From: Methanothermobacter thermautotrophicus str. Delta H | GTDB taxonomy: Archaea; Methanobacteriota; Methanobacteria; Methanobacteriales; Methanothermobacteraceae | Assembly (NCBI RefSeq): GCF_000008645.1 | Contig: NC_000916.1 | Span: 1,320,001 to 1,352,000, forward strand | Length of the DNA: 32,000 nt | Reading direction: 5' to 3' | Shown: piece after piece, positions 1 to 9,239 of the stretch | Layout of the letters: each line of letters starts with the position of its first letter | How positions within the stretch are numbered: position 1 is the first letter of the stretch | Notes under the pieces: generated by a model | Database searches by the model: none | Told to the model about the DNA's origin: nothing | Seen by the model: the letters and a program-made list of their open reading frames with translations, nothing else | Position numbers and translations under genes: made by a program

Positions 1-227
1 GGGCTGAGCTCCACCGGCATCTCGCATGAGCTGTTTATACAGTACCTGCAGTCATTGCAGCACCTGTTGGTGAGGAGCACCTTGAAGAGGGGGACCCTGC
101 AGCCCCTGTAACTGGTGTAGTAGATGCCAGGGACAGCTGTATTTCGCTGTGATGGGTCAGCACTGTAATCACACAGGTCAAACTGGGCGCTGTCACTTAG
201 TACCTGGACCCTTTCACCGAGACTCAT
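1..227 (-). CDS. Radical SAM protein of the putative DNA modification/repair type, N-terminal part (gene runs off the left edge)
   Basis: Reverse complement from ATG at 227 reads MSLGERVQVLSDSAQFDLCDYSADPSQRNTAVPGIYYTSYRGCRVPLFKVLLTNRCCNDCRYCINSSCEMPVELS..., with a radical SAM CxxxCxxC motif (CCNDCRYC: C-N-D-C-R-Y-C preceded by C) in a LLTNxCxxDCxYC context. Not in the ORF track. Confidence 0.75.
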   Translation of the reverse strand, partial: MSLGERVQVLSDSAQFDLCDYSADPSQRNTAVPGIYYTSYRGCRVPLFKVLLTNRCCNDCRYCINSSCEMPVELS

Positions 228-660
228 GGAGGTATATATGTGGAGGCTTCTATTAATTATTTTACCAGTACATGGACTGCCAGATTTTACCATTAGATTG
301 GACTGCCAGATGACCAGAAATTAACCATTAAATGAGTTTTAATGACAGTTGGATATATGAACATTTTAACGGCTATTTCACAATTTAAACCACCGAATCA
401 GGCACGAAATTCGAATCAGACCTCTAAATGATCCAGATGGATTTTGCAGCCTCTTTCAGTATAATCCATTGGACCATCGCAACCAGAAAGGAGCTTAAAA
501 TGACTTATTTTTCGAAAAAGACGATTTAGATTGTCAAAGAGGTTTAAAGGGGAAATAAAAATGACACATCCATTATCAGCATATTTGAAAAAGGATTAAA
601 AGGTTTTAATTGAAAAAAAGAGTTTTATGATGCCTTATTTTTTGATTTGGAGGCAAAATA

Positions 661-668
661 TTTATATA
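661..668 (+). promoter_or_regulatory. Candidate archaeal TATA box (tttatata) for the exported small protein gene
   Basis: TTTATATA about 70 nt upstream of the GGAGG-preceded start region at 738. Confidence 0.35.
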
Positions 669-737
669 TGGCTTCGCAGTTATATTCCTACCATCCAGAG
701 GGAACGATAAACGTATTTCTGGATTGGAGGCGGTACA

Positions 738-1228
738 ATTAAGCGATTTTTTATTACATCCCTGTTCCTCCTTCCCATGGTAGCAGCAGGTGTGGCTGCT
801 TCCCATGATGCGGAGGATGGAAGAACTTTGTAACCGTGAAGCCGGTTAAGGTTGCTGCAGCAAAGCACACCTACAAGAAAAAGAGGGTTCATACAAAGGC
901 CTACTACAGGAAGAAGGTCTACAAGAGGAAACACGTCAGGGCCTACAGACGCATATCCCGTGATGTGGGAGCATCTTACCACAGGGTAACTTCACAGTAC
1001 GTTGAATCGGTGGGTAGATGTTCATGCTCACTCCACACAGACTACGCTGAACACAGGGCTGCCTTCAGGAACCACTGCCCCTTCTGTGGCAGGGACGGTA
1101 CACTGAGGTATGAGAAGGGTCCCACCTGTCCAGAGGGTATGTGGGTATGCAGTCACTGTGACGCGGATTTCTGTCTTGTACATGGAAAGTCCCACACAGC
1201 AAGGGCAAGGTACCTTATCAGGTGCTGA
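738..1228 (+). CDS. Exported basic protein with C-terminal four-Cys-type zinc-binding domain; N-terminal signal peptide lies in a different frame (apparent frameshift, unusual ATT start)
   Basis: Frame from 738 encodes (I)KRFFITSLFLLPMVAAGVAASHDAEDGRTL*, signal-peptide-like; ORF 836-1228 continues out of frame with KPVKVAAAKHTYKKKRV...CPFCGRDGTLRYEKG..CPEGMWVCSHCDADFCLVHGKSH. GGAGG at 726-730. Confidence 0.5.
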
Positions 1229-1360
1229 TGCAGTCTCTAAACTCCATCATCTTCTGTCGGCCGCAGGGTATCTTACGGGGCTGATGCATTCCATCAGCTC
1301 CGGTCATTTTTCTCTGTTTGTTACAAATAATTTAAATAAATTGAGCGCTGACCATCATAC

Positions 1361-2704
1361 ATGAGAGTTGTACTTGCAGGGACAGGGAGTGCGGTTGGTA
1401 AGACCACAATAGCAACAGGGATAATGAAGGCGCTCTCAGGTAGAGGCGTGCAGCCCTTCAAGGTTGGCCCAGACTACATAGACCCATCCTATCATACCAT
1501 GGCCACCGGCAACACCTCAAGGAACATTGACTCATTCTTCATGACAGAGGCCCAGATAAGGGAGGCATTCACAAGGGCCATGAAATTATCAGGATCCAGG
1601 ATGGGCATAATAGAGGGTGTAAGGGGATTATATGAGGGTATAAGCCCGATAGGAGATACAGGAAGTACGGCATCAGTTGCAAAGGCACTCGATGCTCCGG
1701 TTGTCCTTATAATAAACTCAAGGAGCCTTGTTAAGAGCGCTGCAGCAATGGTCCTAGGATTCAGAAGCCTCGACAGGGAGGTTAAAATAGAGGGCGTCAT
1801 ACTGAACCAGGTCAAGAACAGGAGGCACTACCTCAAGACCAGAAGGGCCGTGGAGGAACTGACCGGCACAGCGGTTATTGGGGGCATACCCCGCAGCAGT
1901 GAACTCGAGGTTGAACAGAGACACCTCGGCCTTGTCCCTGCAGTTGAGAGGGATACCATAGCAGCCCAAATCGAGAAGTGGGGCCTTGCAATGGAGGAGT
2001 ACATTGACCTGGAGGCCCTTCAGGATATAATGTCCTCCGCAGGGAAGATAAGGGGTGAAAGGCAACCTCTCTGGCAGAGGGGAAACAGAAAGAGGGTTAG
2101 GATAGGTGTTGCCATCGACGAGGCCTTTAACTTCTACTACCAGGAGAACATTGAGGCCCTTGAGGACAACGCAGCATCTGTGGTTCCCTTCAGCCCCATA
2201 CACGACGAGGAGCTTCCAGATGTTGACGCCGTCTACATCGGTGGGGGATACCCCGAGATCTTTGCAGCGGAACTTGAATCCAACACCTCAATGAGGAAGT
2301 CCATCCAGAGGTTCCATGCAGATGGGAGACCTATCTTCGGGGAATGCGGTGGCCTCATGTACCTCATGAGTTCAATCGATGAACGTGAAATGTGCGGTGT
2401 TTTCCCACACCCCGCTGAAATGACAGGACGCGTCCAGGGATTGAGTTACGTGATAGCCGAGGCAGTGATGGATAACCTGATCACAGAGGCCGGTGATAAA
2501 TTCAGGGGACATGAGTTCCACTACTCAAGGGTCCTGGGGGCTTCAGGCGGAAAATTCGCCTTCAGGGTCCTCCGGGGGAGGGGGATAGTGGATTCCCTTG
2601 ATGGTATCACATCAGGCTCATCCCTTGCAAGCTACATCCACATACATGCCGCATCCTGCCCACAGTTTGCTGCAAATTTCACAAGGAATGCCTGGGAGTT
2701 TTAG
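1361..2704 (+). CDS. cfbB: Ni-sirohydrochlorin a,c-diamide synthase / cobyrinate a,c-diamide synthase family (coenzyme F430 or cobamide biosynthesis)
   Basis: [26 protein letters not shown]-loop start, [13 protein letters not shown]-type motif, GGGYPE and [10 protein letters not shown] amidotransferase motifs. Confidence 0.9.
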   Translation: MRVVLAGTGSAVGKTTIATGIMKALSGRGVQPFKVGPDYIDPSYHTMATGNTSRNIDSFFMTEAQIREAFTRAMKLSGSRMGIIEGVRGLYEGISPIGDTGSTASVAKALDAPVVLIINSRSLVKSAAAMVLGFRSLDREVKIEGVILNQVKNRRHYLKTRRAVEELTGTAVIGGIPRSSELEVEQRHLGLVPAVERDTIAAQIEKWGLAMEEYIDLEALQDIMSSAGKIRGERQPLWQRGNRKRVRIGVAIDEAFNFYYQENIEALEDNAASVVPFSPIHDEELPDVDAVYIGGGYPEIFAAELESNTSMRKSIQRFHADGRPIFGECGGLMYLMSSIDEREMCGVFPHPAEMTGRVQGLSYVIAEAVMDNLITEAGDKFRGHEFHYSRVLGASGGKFAFRVLRGRGIVDSLDGITSGSSLASYIHIHAASCPQFAANFTRNAWEF

Positions 2705-2744
2705 CATGGAGGGATTTCTGCTGATCCAGAAGGGGGGGCCATAA

Positions 2745-3824
2745 ATGAGGTTTGATGTGTTTTCACCATACTCAGTGGTGGCTGTCATTATAATCTACCT
2801 TTCCCTGGCACTGACCGGAACCGGACTCGGCCTGAGGGGACTTGAACCACCTTCAGCCCTTTCCATCATATACATTGCCACCGGAACGGTCGCCCTCATT
2901 GGAGGTGTTTACCTATCATCAGGGTTCAGGATAGGGAAGATAAGGACCCATGAAGGTTCCGAACCATTCCTCGTGGCTTTAGTGATTGCCGGAATTCTCA
3001 TCCAGGCAATTAACCTGTATCTTCTGGGGGGAATCCCACTCCTAAGCGGATACCTCAAGGCAAGGGCTGTCACAAAGTTATGGTTCATCTCATACCTGTT
3101 ATTCCTCCCATCCATCAACATACTCCTGGCAGCGTATCCACGGAGGAAATACTACATCCCCCTCATCATGGGGGCCATTCTCTTCGCCCTCACAGGTTAC
3201 AGGACAACTGTGGTGGTCATACTCCTCAGCGGCACCATAACCCTCTACTATTCAGCCAGGCCCTCCTGGAGGGAACTGGGAGTTTTAATCTCTGCGCTTG
3301 CAGTTGCAGCTCTTCTTGTTGGCTACGTTGCAGTTAAATCCATTGAGTGGCAGACCTGGACCCTTAACCCGGTGGAACTTCTCCTCTACAGGGCAGGCTA
3401 CACCCTCACAGTCTTTGACAGGATAATATCCCTGCAAGGTGCAACAGGCGGCAAACTTCTCTATTACACCCTGACAGGGTACATCCACTCCACCGACCCC
3501 AGGGCAATCGTTGGGGAGGTTGTACTGGGTTACAGCCACTCCACAACATCCACGATTTTTGGACCATCCCTCCTCGATTTCGGATTACATGCAATGCTTT
3601 TCCAGATGTTTATACTGGGCCTGCTTCTGGGGCTCATGCACCGAATTCAGGGAGTTCTCGACGGCTTTTTCACGGGTATATACTCCATCATACTGGCCCA
3701 GACAATTGTATGGGTTGAAACGGGACCCACGGACCTTGTGGTCTGGGTATTCTACCTTATAGGATTCATATCAGCAATATACGTTCTCTGGAGGTGTTAC
3801 TCTGAGGCTGGCAGTTGCAGCTGA
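2745..3824 (+). CDS. Polytopic membrane protein, oligosaccharide repeat-unit polymerase-like
   Basis: 359 aa with many hydrophobic segments; overall pattern resembles O-antigen/oligosaccharide repeat-unit polymerases; followed directly by a glycosyltransferase-like gene. Confidence 0.55.
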   Translation: MRFDVFSPYSVVAVIIIYLSLALTGTGLGLRGLEPPSALSIIYIATGTVALIGGVYLSSGFRIGKIRTHEGSEPFLVALVIAGILIQAINLYLLGGIPLLSGYLKARAVTKLWFISYLLFLPSINILLAAYPRRKYYIPLIMGAILFALTGYRTTVVVILLSGTITLYYSARPSWRELGVLISALAVAALLVGYVAVKSIEWQTWTLNPVELLLYRAGYTLTVFDRIISLQGATGGKLLYYTLTGYIHSTDPRAIVGEVVLGYSHSTTSTIFGPSLLDFGLHAMLFQMFILGLLLGLMHRIQGVLDGFFTGIYSIILAQTIVWVETGPTDLVVWVFYLIGFISAIYVLWRCYSEAGSCS

Positions 3825-3825
3825 A

Positions 3826-4842
3826 ATGGCCCCTGCGAAGACATTCCACCCCCTGATGGAAGACACTGAACATGATTATCACTGCCTCTGTCATGGCGAT
3901 GGTGTTAGGGAGATCCTTGATGGCCTCTGTTCACGATTCTATTCCATGGGTGCAGGCAGGAGCCGGTCAGGGAGGGCGGTTGAGGTTGGAGCACTTGTCC
4001 TGAGGGACATCATGAGGACCTGGAGGCACCTCGGGGTGATAGAGCCTGACATGGTCCTCACATGTGGAAATGCCGGCGATGTCAGGAAGGCCATAGCAGC
4101 TTCACGTCTCAGGGGTATCGGTGTCCTCCACGTTGAACAGGATATCTACAACCCCATCGAGATGATAGCCTTCGCAGACATTGTAACGGCACCTTCAGGA
4201 CGCTACAGGGATTACCTTGAGGACCAGTACCTCCTTGAGAATGTTGAGGTCATCGGAGGATACCCCCACGCCCTCTATGTGAGCCGCCTCCAGATCGTAG
4301 ACCCGGGGATAAGGGACTACACCCTCCTTGTACTTGGCGGGGACCTGAGGAGAAGGGACATACCGGAGGTGATCTCAGGGGTTGAAGCACTTGACAGGAG
4401 AGTCCTGGTTGTCCCGTTCCGTTTCAGCCCGGATTATGTCAGGAGCTTTGTAAAATCTGGCAACGTGGAGGTACTTGAGGGCTTCGTTGACCTTCCCTCC
4501 CTCATGAGCGCCGCTGACCTCATGGTATACGGTGCCGGAATGGGCATCACAATCGAGGCGGCGGTACTGGGTGTCCCCTCCATCAAGATTAAGGGCTTCC
4601 ACGGGAGGCATGCCAGTGTTGACCTCGCCGGTGAGGTGGGGATACCGGTTGCTGATGCTGGTGATCTGAGGGATGTGGTGGATGATGTCAGACCACCAGC
4701 AGCATCAGACATTGTCAGAAACGCTGAAGCTGCTTTAAGCAAGCTTTCAGAACTTGTAGAAGATTTTAATGAATTTGCCGGTCCCAGAGGTGGTTTTAAG
4801 TCCATGAAACGAATCTGGGATGCCCGCAAACATTTCAGGTAG
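3826..4842 (+). CDS. Glycosyltransferase-like / UDP-GlcNAc 2-epimerase-fold family protein; true start may be upstream (candidate CTG at 3802)
   Basis: 338 aa; HGDGVREIL, ADLMVYGAGMGITIEAAVLGVPSIKI motif typical of GT-B fold proteins. Frame is open upstream through LRLAVAAE. Confidence 0.6.
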   Translation: MAPAKTFHPLMEDTEHDYHCLCHGDGVREILDGLCSRFYSMGAGRSRSGRAVEVGALVLRDIMRTWRHLGVIEPDMVLTCGNAGDVRKAIAASRLRGIGVLHVEQDIYNPIEMIAFADIVTAPSGRYRDYLEDQYLLENVEVIGGYPHALYVSRLQIVDPGIRDYTLLVLGGDLRRRDIPEVISGVEALDRRVLVVPFRFSPDYVRSFVKSGNVEVLEGFVDLPSLMSAADLMVYGAGMGITIEAAVLGVPSIKIKGFHGRHASVDLAGEVGIPVADAGDLRDVVDDVRPPAASDIVRNAEAALSKLSELVEDFNEFAGPRGGFKSMKRIWDARKHFR

Positions 4843-4970
4843 GTTGTTCTGGCTGTCTGCGCACCTCTTCTTTCTGGTAGTCCTCTTCTCATATTCTCAG
4901 CTGATTGTTTCTCTGGAGATCCCTGAGGTTCTTCCATATTCCACAGATCACCAACATTTATTAATAACAT

Positions 4971-4988
4971 TTAATAATTAATTATTAA
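4971..4988. promoter_or_regulatory. Perfect 18-bp AT palindrome TTAATAATTAATTATTAA
   Basis: Sequence equals its own reverse complement; lies 29 nt upstream of the C39-like gene start. Confidence 0.35.
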
Positions 4989-5016
4989 CATCAGTATTAA
5001 AATGGAGGTTTTTGTT

Positions 5017-5430
5017 ATGAGCACATCTCTGGGTGATGAGGTTATAGTCATGCAGAGCAGGAGCTACAGCTGTGGACCGGCAGCGCTTGCAACGGTCCTC
5101 AGAAACCTTGGAGTGAACTGTACCGAGGCAGAACTTGCAGAACTTGCAGGTACAGACGAATCAGGTACCACAATGTATGGACTGATCGTTGCAGCAACTT
5201 CAAAGGGCCTGAGAGCAAGGGGAGTTAAAATGGAACTCAATGATCTTAGAAAAAACCACATAGTCTTTGTTAAGTATGGAGACACATGTCACTACACAGT
5301 CATCATGTCCATGGATGAGAGAAATGTCACACTTGCAGACCCTGCACTTGGGAGGATCACAGTTAAGAGGGAGATATTTTCAAGGATCTTCACGGGCAAT
5401 GTCCTTGTTGTTGAAAGACCCTGTGATTAA
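5017..5430 (+). CDS. C39-like cysteine peptidase domain protein
   Basis: QSRSYSCGPAALATVLRNLG (Gln...Cys), then HYTVI...D pattern, characteristic of C39/papain-like fold; GGAGG 8 nt before ATG 5017. Confidence 0.75.
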   Translation: MSTSLGDEVIVMQSRSYSCGPAALATVLRNLGVNCTEAELAELAGTDESGTTMYGLIVAATSKGLRARGVKMELNDLRKNHIVFVKYGDTCHYTVIMSMDERNVTLADPALGRITVKREIFSRIFTGNVLVVERPCD

Positions 5431-5598
5431 TAAATTCAATATTAAATTAAATGATTAAAATATTATTTATAATTTGAATTTTAACCATCCGCATCCCAGC
5501 AACCGTGAAAAATATACTACTGATATAAAAGCTTAATCATAATCTTTAAATCATAAAATACTTAATAAGGTGCAAAATAATAAGATTCTGGTGATCTA

Positions 5599-6429
5599 AT
5601 GGTTGTAAAAATTGGGATAATAAGATGCGGTAACATCGGGACCTCACCGGTACTTGACCTGTTACTAGATGAGAGGGCCGACAGGCCAAACATAGATGTC
5701 TGTGTGGTTGGTTCTGGTGCAAAGATGAACCCTGATGAAATTGAGAGGGCAGTACCCACCATGCTTGAAATGGACAGGGACTTTGTTATATTTATAAGTC
5801 CAAACCCCGGTGCACCGGGCCCTGCAAAGGCAAGGGAACTCCTATCAGAGGCTGACGTCCCTGCCATGATAATTGGTGACGCTCCAGGTCTGAGGGTAAA
5901 GGATGAAATAGAGGAACAGGGACTCGGTTACATCATAGTTAAGGCGGACCCAATGATAGGTGCCAGGAGGGAGTTCCTGGACCCAACAGAGATGGCATCC
6001 TTCAACTCCGACGTTATAAAGGTTCTGGCGTTCACAGGTGCATACAGGGTCGTTCAGAACACAATTGATGCCATGATTGCCGATGTTGAGGCTGGAAAGG
6101 CTCCTGAACTTCCACAGGTTGTTATAGATACCGACGTGGCTGTTGAGGCAGCAGGATATGAGAACCCATATGCAAAGGCCAAGGCCATGGCAGCATATGA
6201 GATAGCCACCAAGGTTGCAGATATAGACGTTAAGGGCTGCTTCATGGTGCAGGATCCAGACAAGTACATACCAATAGTTGCATCAGCACATGAAATGCTG
6301 GCCGCAGCAGCCAAACTTGCAGTAGAAGCAAGGGAGATTGAAAAGGCCAACGACACCGTCCTCAGGACACCACACGGTAAAGAGGGCGAAACATTAAGCA
6401 AAACTGATCTTCTGGCCAAACCAGAATAG
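5599..6429 (+). CDS. mtd: F420-dependent methylenetetrahydromethanopterin dehydrogenase
   Basis: 276 aa MVVKIGIIRCGNIGTSPVLDLLLDERADRPNIDVCVVGSGAKMNPDEIE..., matches the Mtd family throughout. Confidence 0.96.
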   Translation: MVVKIGIIRCGNIGTSPVLDLLLDERADRPNIDVCVVGSGAKMNPDEIERAVPTMLEMDRDFVIFISPNPGAPGPAKARELLSEADVPAMIIGDAPGLRVKDEIEEQGLGYIIVKADPMIGARREFLDPTEMASFNSDVIKVLAFTGAYRVVQNTIDAMIADVEAGKAPELPQVVIDTDVAVEAAGYENPYAKAKAMAAYEIATKVADIDVKGCFMVQDPDKYIPIVASAHEMLAAAAKLAVEAREIEKANDTVLRTPHGKEGETLSKTDLLAKPE

Positions 6430-6438
6430 ATCAGTTCT

Positions 6439-6460
6439 GGTTTTACTTTTTTTCTCCCTT
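6439..6460 (+). terminator. Candidate oligo-T terminator after mtd
   Basis: ggttttactttttttctccct just after the mtd stop codon. Confidence 0.4.
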
Positions 6461-6555
6461 TAATATAATTTTAGAGGTCTCAGCTGAAAAGACATCCACA
6501 CAAGTTTTGAAGTTCCACAGCAAAATGAAGTGGGGATGGAGAGGTTCAGATTAAC

Positions 6556-7331
6556 CTATTCTCCGGAGATGTATACCAGTTTACCATCCCTGTAGACCCT
6601 CAGTTCACCCTCCTGGAATTCTTCCCATTTTTCATTGGTCAGAGGATTGCTTGCGATGATGTAGCCCTCCTGGTCGGGTCTTTTCTCATGGGCAAGGTTT
6701 ATCTCGTAGTCATCGTCCAGGAGTTTCACTTTATCATAGGGTGCCCTTCGGTGCAGCTGGCAGAGACCATTGTATCCGGCATGGTCATGGTAACAGAAGA
6801 GATGCCTGCCATCGGATAGAAGGCAGTTGAATGTTCCGCGCTGGTTTATATCCCGCAGGAGGTCCCATAGCCACCTGTATTCTGATTCATCCTTGAATGT
6901 AACCCCCTTTTCGCTGATCTGGTTCATGATATGGCAAAAGGCTATCTCAGAGTCAGTTTCACCTACTGGCCGGTATCTTCCGTCTTCCAGGTTAAATTCT
7001 GCATTTAGGGTGCCATTGTGGGCGAATACATATTCTCTACCGTCCCACTCCCTCTGGAAGGATGGGTATCCTTGTGGGAGATCTCTCCACTGCTTTTAGT
7101 CCGGACATGGGACATTATGATGCTGGATCTGATAAGGTTATAGCCCTCCATGATCTCCGCCATAATGCTTTTTCTGGATTTTACTGGCTCCTTATACACC
7201 TGGACGGATTTGTCCGGATAGAAGGCAAGCCCCCATCCGTGGGGGTTGCGCTCTGATCTCATCCTGAAACCCCTCAAGGAGAAGGATGGCTGCACCTCCT
7301 GGTTGAAACACATTCCTAAAAGTTCACACAA
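6556..7331 (-). CDS. Class II (Ntn-type) glutamine amidotransferase, interrupted by an apparent 1-nt deletion near 7058
   Basis: TTG start at 7331 gives MCELLGMCFN with catalytic Cys next to Met; ...MSHVRTKSSGEISHKDTHP then shifts frame to FQREWDGREYVFAHNGTLNAEFNLEDGRYRPVGETDSEIAFCHIM. Confidence 0.85.
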
Positions 7332-7513
7332 AACGTTCACCCCCATTCCAGTTGATAACCGCGATTTGCAGTCCTTCAATGATATGATCATGGCCGGTGA
7401 GCCTGATCCTGATACAATATATGTTAAAAAAGGTTAATAAATGTTTACAAATTAAGATTTGATATTATCAGTGAATGGATATACTTGAAGCGTGTCTGAT
7501 GTTTTCTGGGTCC

Positions 7514-7560
7514 CCATGGTGGTCTCTGGATGAACATGGCTGAGGCACAATCCACCATGG
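7514..7560. other. Inverted repeat CCATGGTGG...CCACCATGG, 9-bp perfect arms
   Basis: Arms at 7514-7522 and 7552-7560, 29-nt loop, in the non-coding gap between the amidotransferase gene and hisB. Confidence 0.4.
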
Positions 7561-7692
7561 AGGTGACTCATGTTAATCAATGAAAAAAAGGGGCTTACGG
7601 TTGCGTGGAGAGGTGCTTTACTGTTTCAGTGGAGCCGGAATGCCGGCTAAATTATCTGGAACTGGAGTTTTCATCCCATATCCTGTTCCATA

Positions 7693-8256
7693 TTACAATT
7701 TGCCCTTCGTGCTTGGAATTTCCCCGTGTTCAACCCGGACAGCGTCCCGGATTGCAAGGGCAAGGGCCTTAAATAGAGCCTCGGCCTTGTGATGGTCGTT
7801 CCTTCCCCTCACGGAGGCGTGGATGTTCATGGCTGCAGATACCGCAAGGGACTCAATGAAGTGTCCTATGTTCTGTGATTTCACATCACCTATCACAGCA
7901 TCATCGAATTCCAGTTCAAGGACCGTATAGGGCCTTCCACTGAGGTCCAGGGCAACGGTTGCAAGGGCATCATCCATTGGGACCATGGCATGGGCCATCC
8001 TCCTTATACCGCTCTTATCACCCAGGGCCTCCCTCAGGGCCTCCCCCAGTGTGAGGGCAACATCCTCAACGGTATGATGGTCGTCAACCTCCAGGTCACC
8101 CCTCGCCTCAACCTCCAGGTCAAGGAGTCCATGGCGTGCAACTGATTCAAGCATGTGGTCAAGGAATCCGAGACCGGTGTTCACGCTTGATTTTCCACTC
8201 CCGTCGATTTCAAGATCCACCTTCACATGGGTTTCAAGGGTTTCCCTCGTCTTCAT
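7693..8256 (-). CDS. hisB: Imidazoleglycerol-phosphate dehydratase
   Basis: MKTRETLETHVKVDLEIDGSGKSSVNTGLGFLDHML...EVDDHHTVEDVALTLGEAL...HHKAEALFKALALAI; coding frame extends upstream to 8277 but ATG at 8256 fits the family. Confidence 0.95.
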   Translation of the reverse strand: MKTRETLETHVKVDLEIDGSGKSSVNTGLGFLDHMLESVARHGLLDLEVEARGDLEVDDHHTVEDVALTLGEALREALGDKSGIRRMAHAMVPMDDALATVALDLSGRPYTVLELEFDDAVIGDVKSQNIGHFIESLAVSAAMNIHASVRGRNDHHKAEALFKALALAIRDAVRVEHGEIPSTKGKL

Positions 8257-8485
8257 ACTTCTTCTCATAGTTATCATCCCTGATAATTCTTATGGCGCCC
8301 TCAGGACACTTACTTGCGCAGATCATGCACTGGTGGCAGAATTCAAGATTTGATGGGGTTGCAGGCTTCCCTCTCTGGATGGTCCATATCTTACCACCCT
8401 TGGGGCATGCCTCCCGGCACTCGCCACATGCTGTGCACTTATCTGGATCAACAATTATCTTCAAGTGAACCACTCCCATCTTCAT
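8234..8485 (-). CDS. 2[4Fe-4S] ferredoxin-like protein; likely start TTG 8464 (GGAG 8 nt before) or ATG 8485
   Basis: CTACGECREACP and CHQCMICASKCP cysteine motifs. Confidence 0.85.
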   Translation of the reverse strand: MKMGVVHLKIIVDPDKCTACGECREACPKGGKIWTIQRGKPATPSNLEFCHQCMICASKCPEGAIRIIRDDNYEKKYEDEGNP

Positions 8486-8520
8486 GAAAGGTTAATGCGT
8501 TTTGAGATTATGTGAACACC

Positions 8521-9195
8521 TCATATCTTCAGGACGGTAACAGCAACTGCCTTAAAACCGGCGTAGATCATTGTGCCCAGTTTAAGCTGGAGGTTCCTCT
8601 GTGAAGCCGGTGTTATATGGGTTTCAATTTCAAGTCCATCACCGGCGTCCACTCTGACCCTTACGATGTCCCCCTTCATCTCAAGACCTGTCACCCTCCC
8701 CCTGATGATGTTCCTCATGCTTGTGACCTGCCTTTCCCTCATCAGGACAACATCGTCGGGTTCAACAAGGAGGATGACCCTGTCCCCGGCGGATACATCC
8801 TATGCACGGGCGGCATCAATGGTGAAACCCCCTACCACAACCCTGAGACCATCCGCTGAAACCTCCTTAACGACACCCTCAAGTTCATTCACAGTTCTCT
8901 GTCTTTCGAGGGCCCTCTTTAGTTTAAGGTACTCCTTGATGATCATCAGGCCTGTATCTGTGAGCCTGCTGCCTCCACCACCTCCCCTTCCACCACGCCG
9001 GGTCTCCACTATGTTCTCGCCAAGGATATCCTCGACGTTCCGTATGTATGCAAGGGCGCTTCTGTAGGGAATTCCAGCATCCCTTGCTGCAACTGTTATG
9101 GAGCCCATCCTGTGGATGAGGTTGAGGAGCTTGAACATTCTCTCATCAACCGGAACTTCAAGATCGTTGATAGGGATTCTACAGGCAAATCTCAT
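8521..9195 (-). CDS. ModE-like molybdate-responsive regulator: winged HTH plus two TOBE/Mop domains, interrupted by in-frame TAG at 8800-8802
   Basis: ORFs 8800-9195 and 8521-8742 are in the same frame; reading through TAG gives ...VVVGGFTIDAARA*DVSAGDRVILLVEPDDVVLMRERQVTSMRNIIRGRVTGLEMKGD.... HTH part contains the family GGRGGGGGSRLTDTG wing. Confidence 0.8.
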
Positions 9196-9239
9196 TGTAG
9201 AACCTATGGCGCCGGTTCTTTATATCTTTATGCCATCAA

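Noticed and set aside
7246-7437. ORF ending NDMIMAGEPDPDTIYVKKG as a real plus-strand gene
   Set aside because: It overlaps the N-terminal coding region of the amidotransferase on the opposite strand and has no ribosome-binding sequence or recognisable family; cannot be supported.
8700-9195. GGRGGGGG glycine run in the ModE-like protein as a novel feature
   Set aside because: A glycine-rich wing before the LT.xG segment is a normal feature of ModE N-terminal domains.
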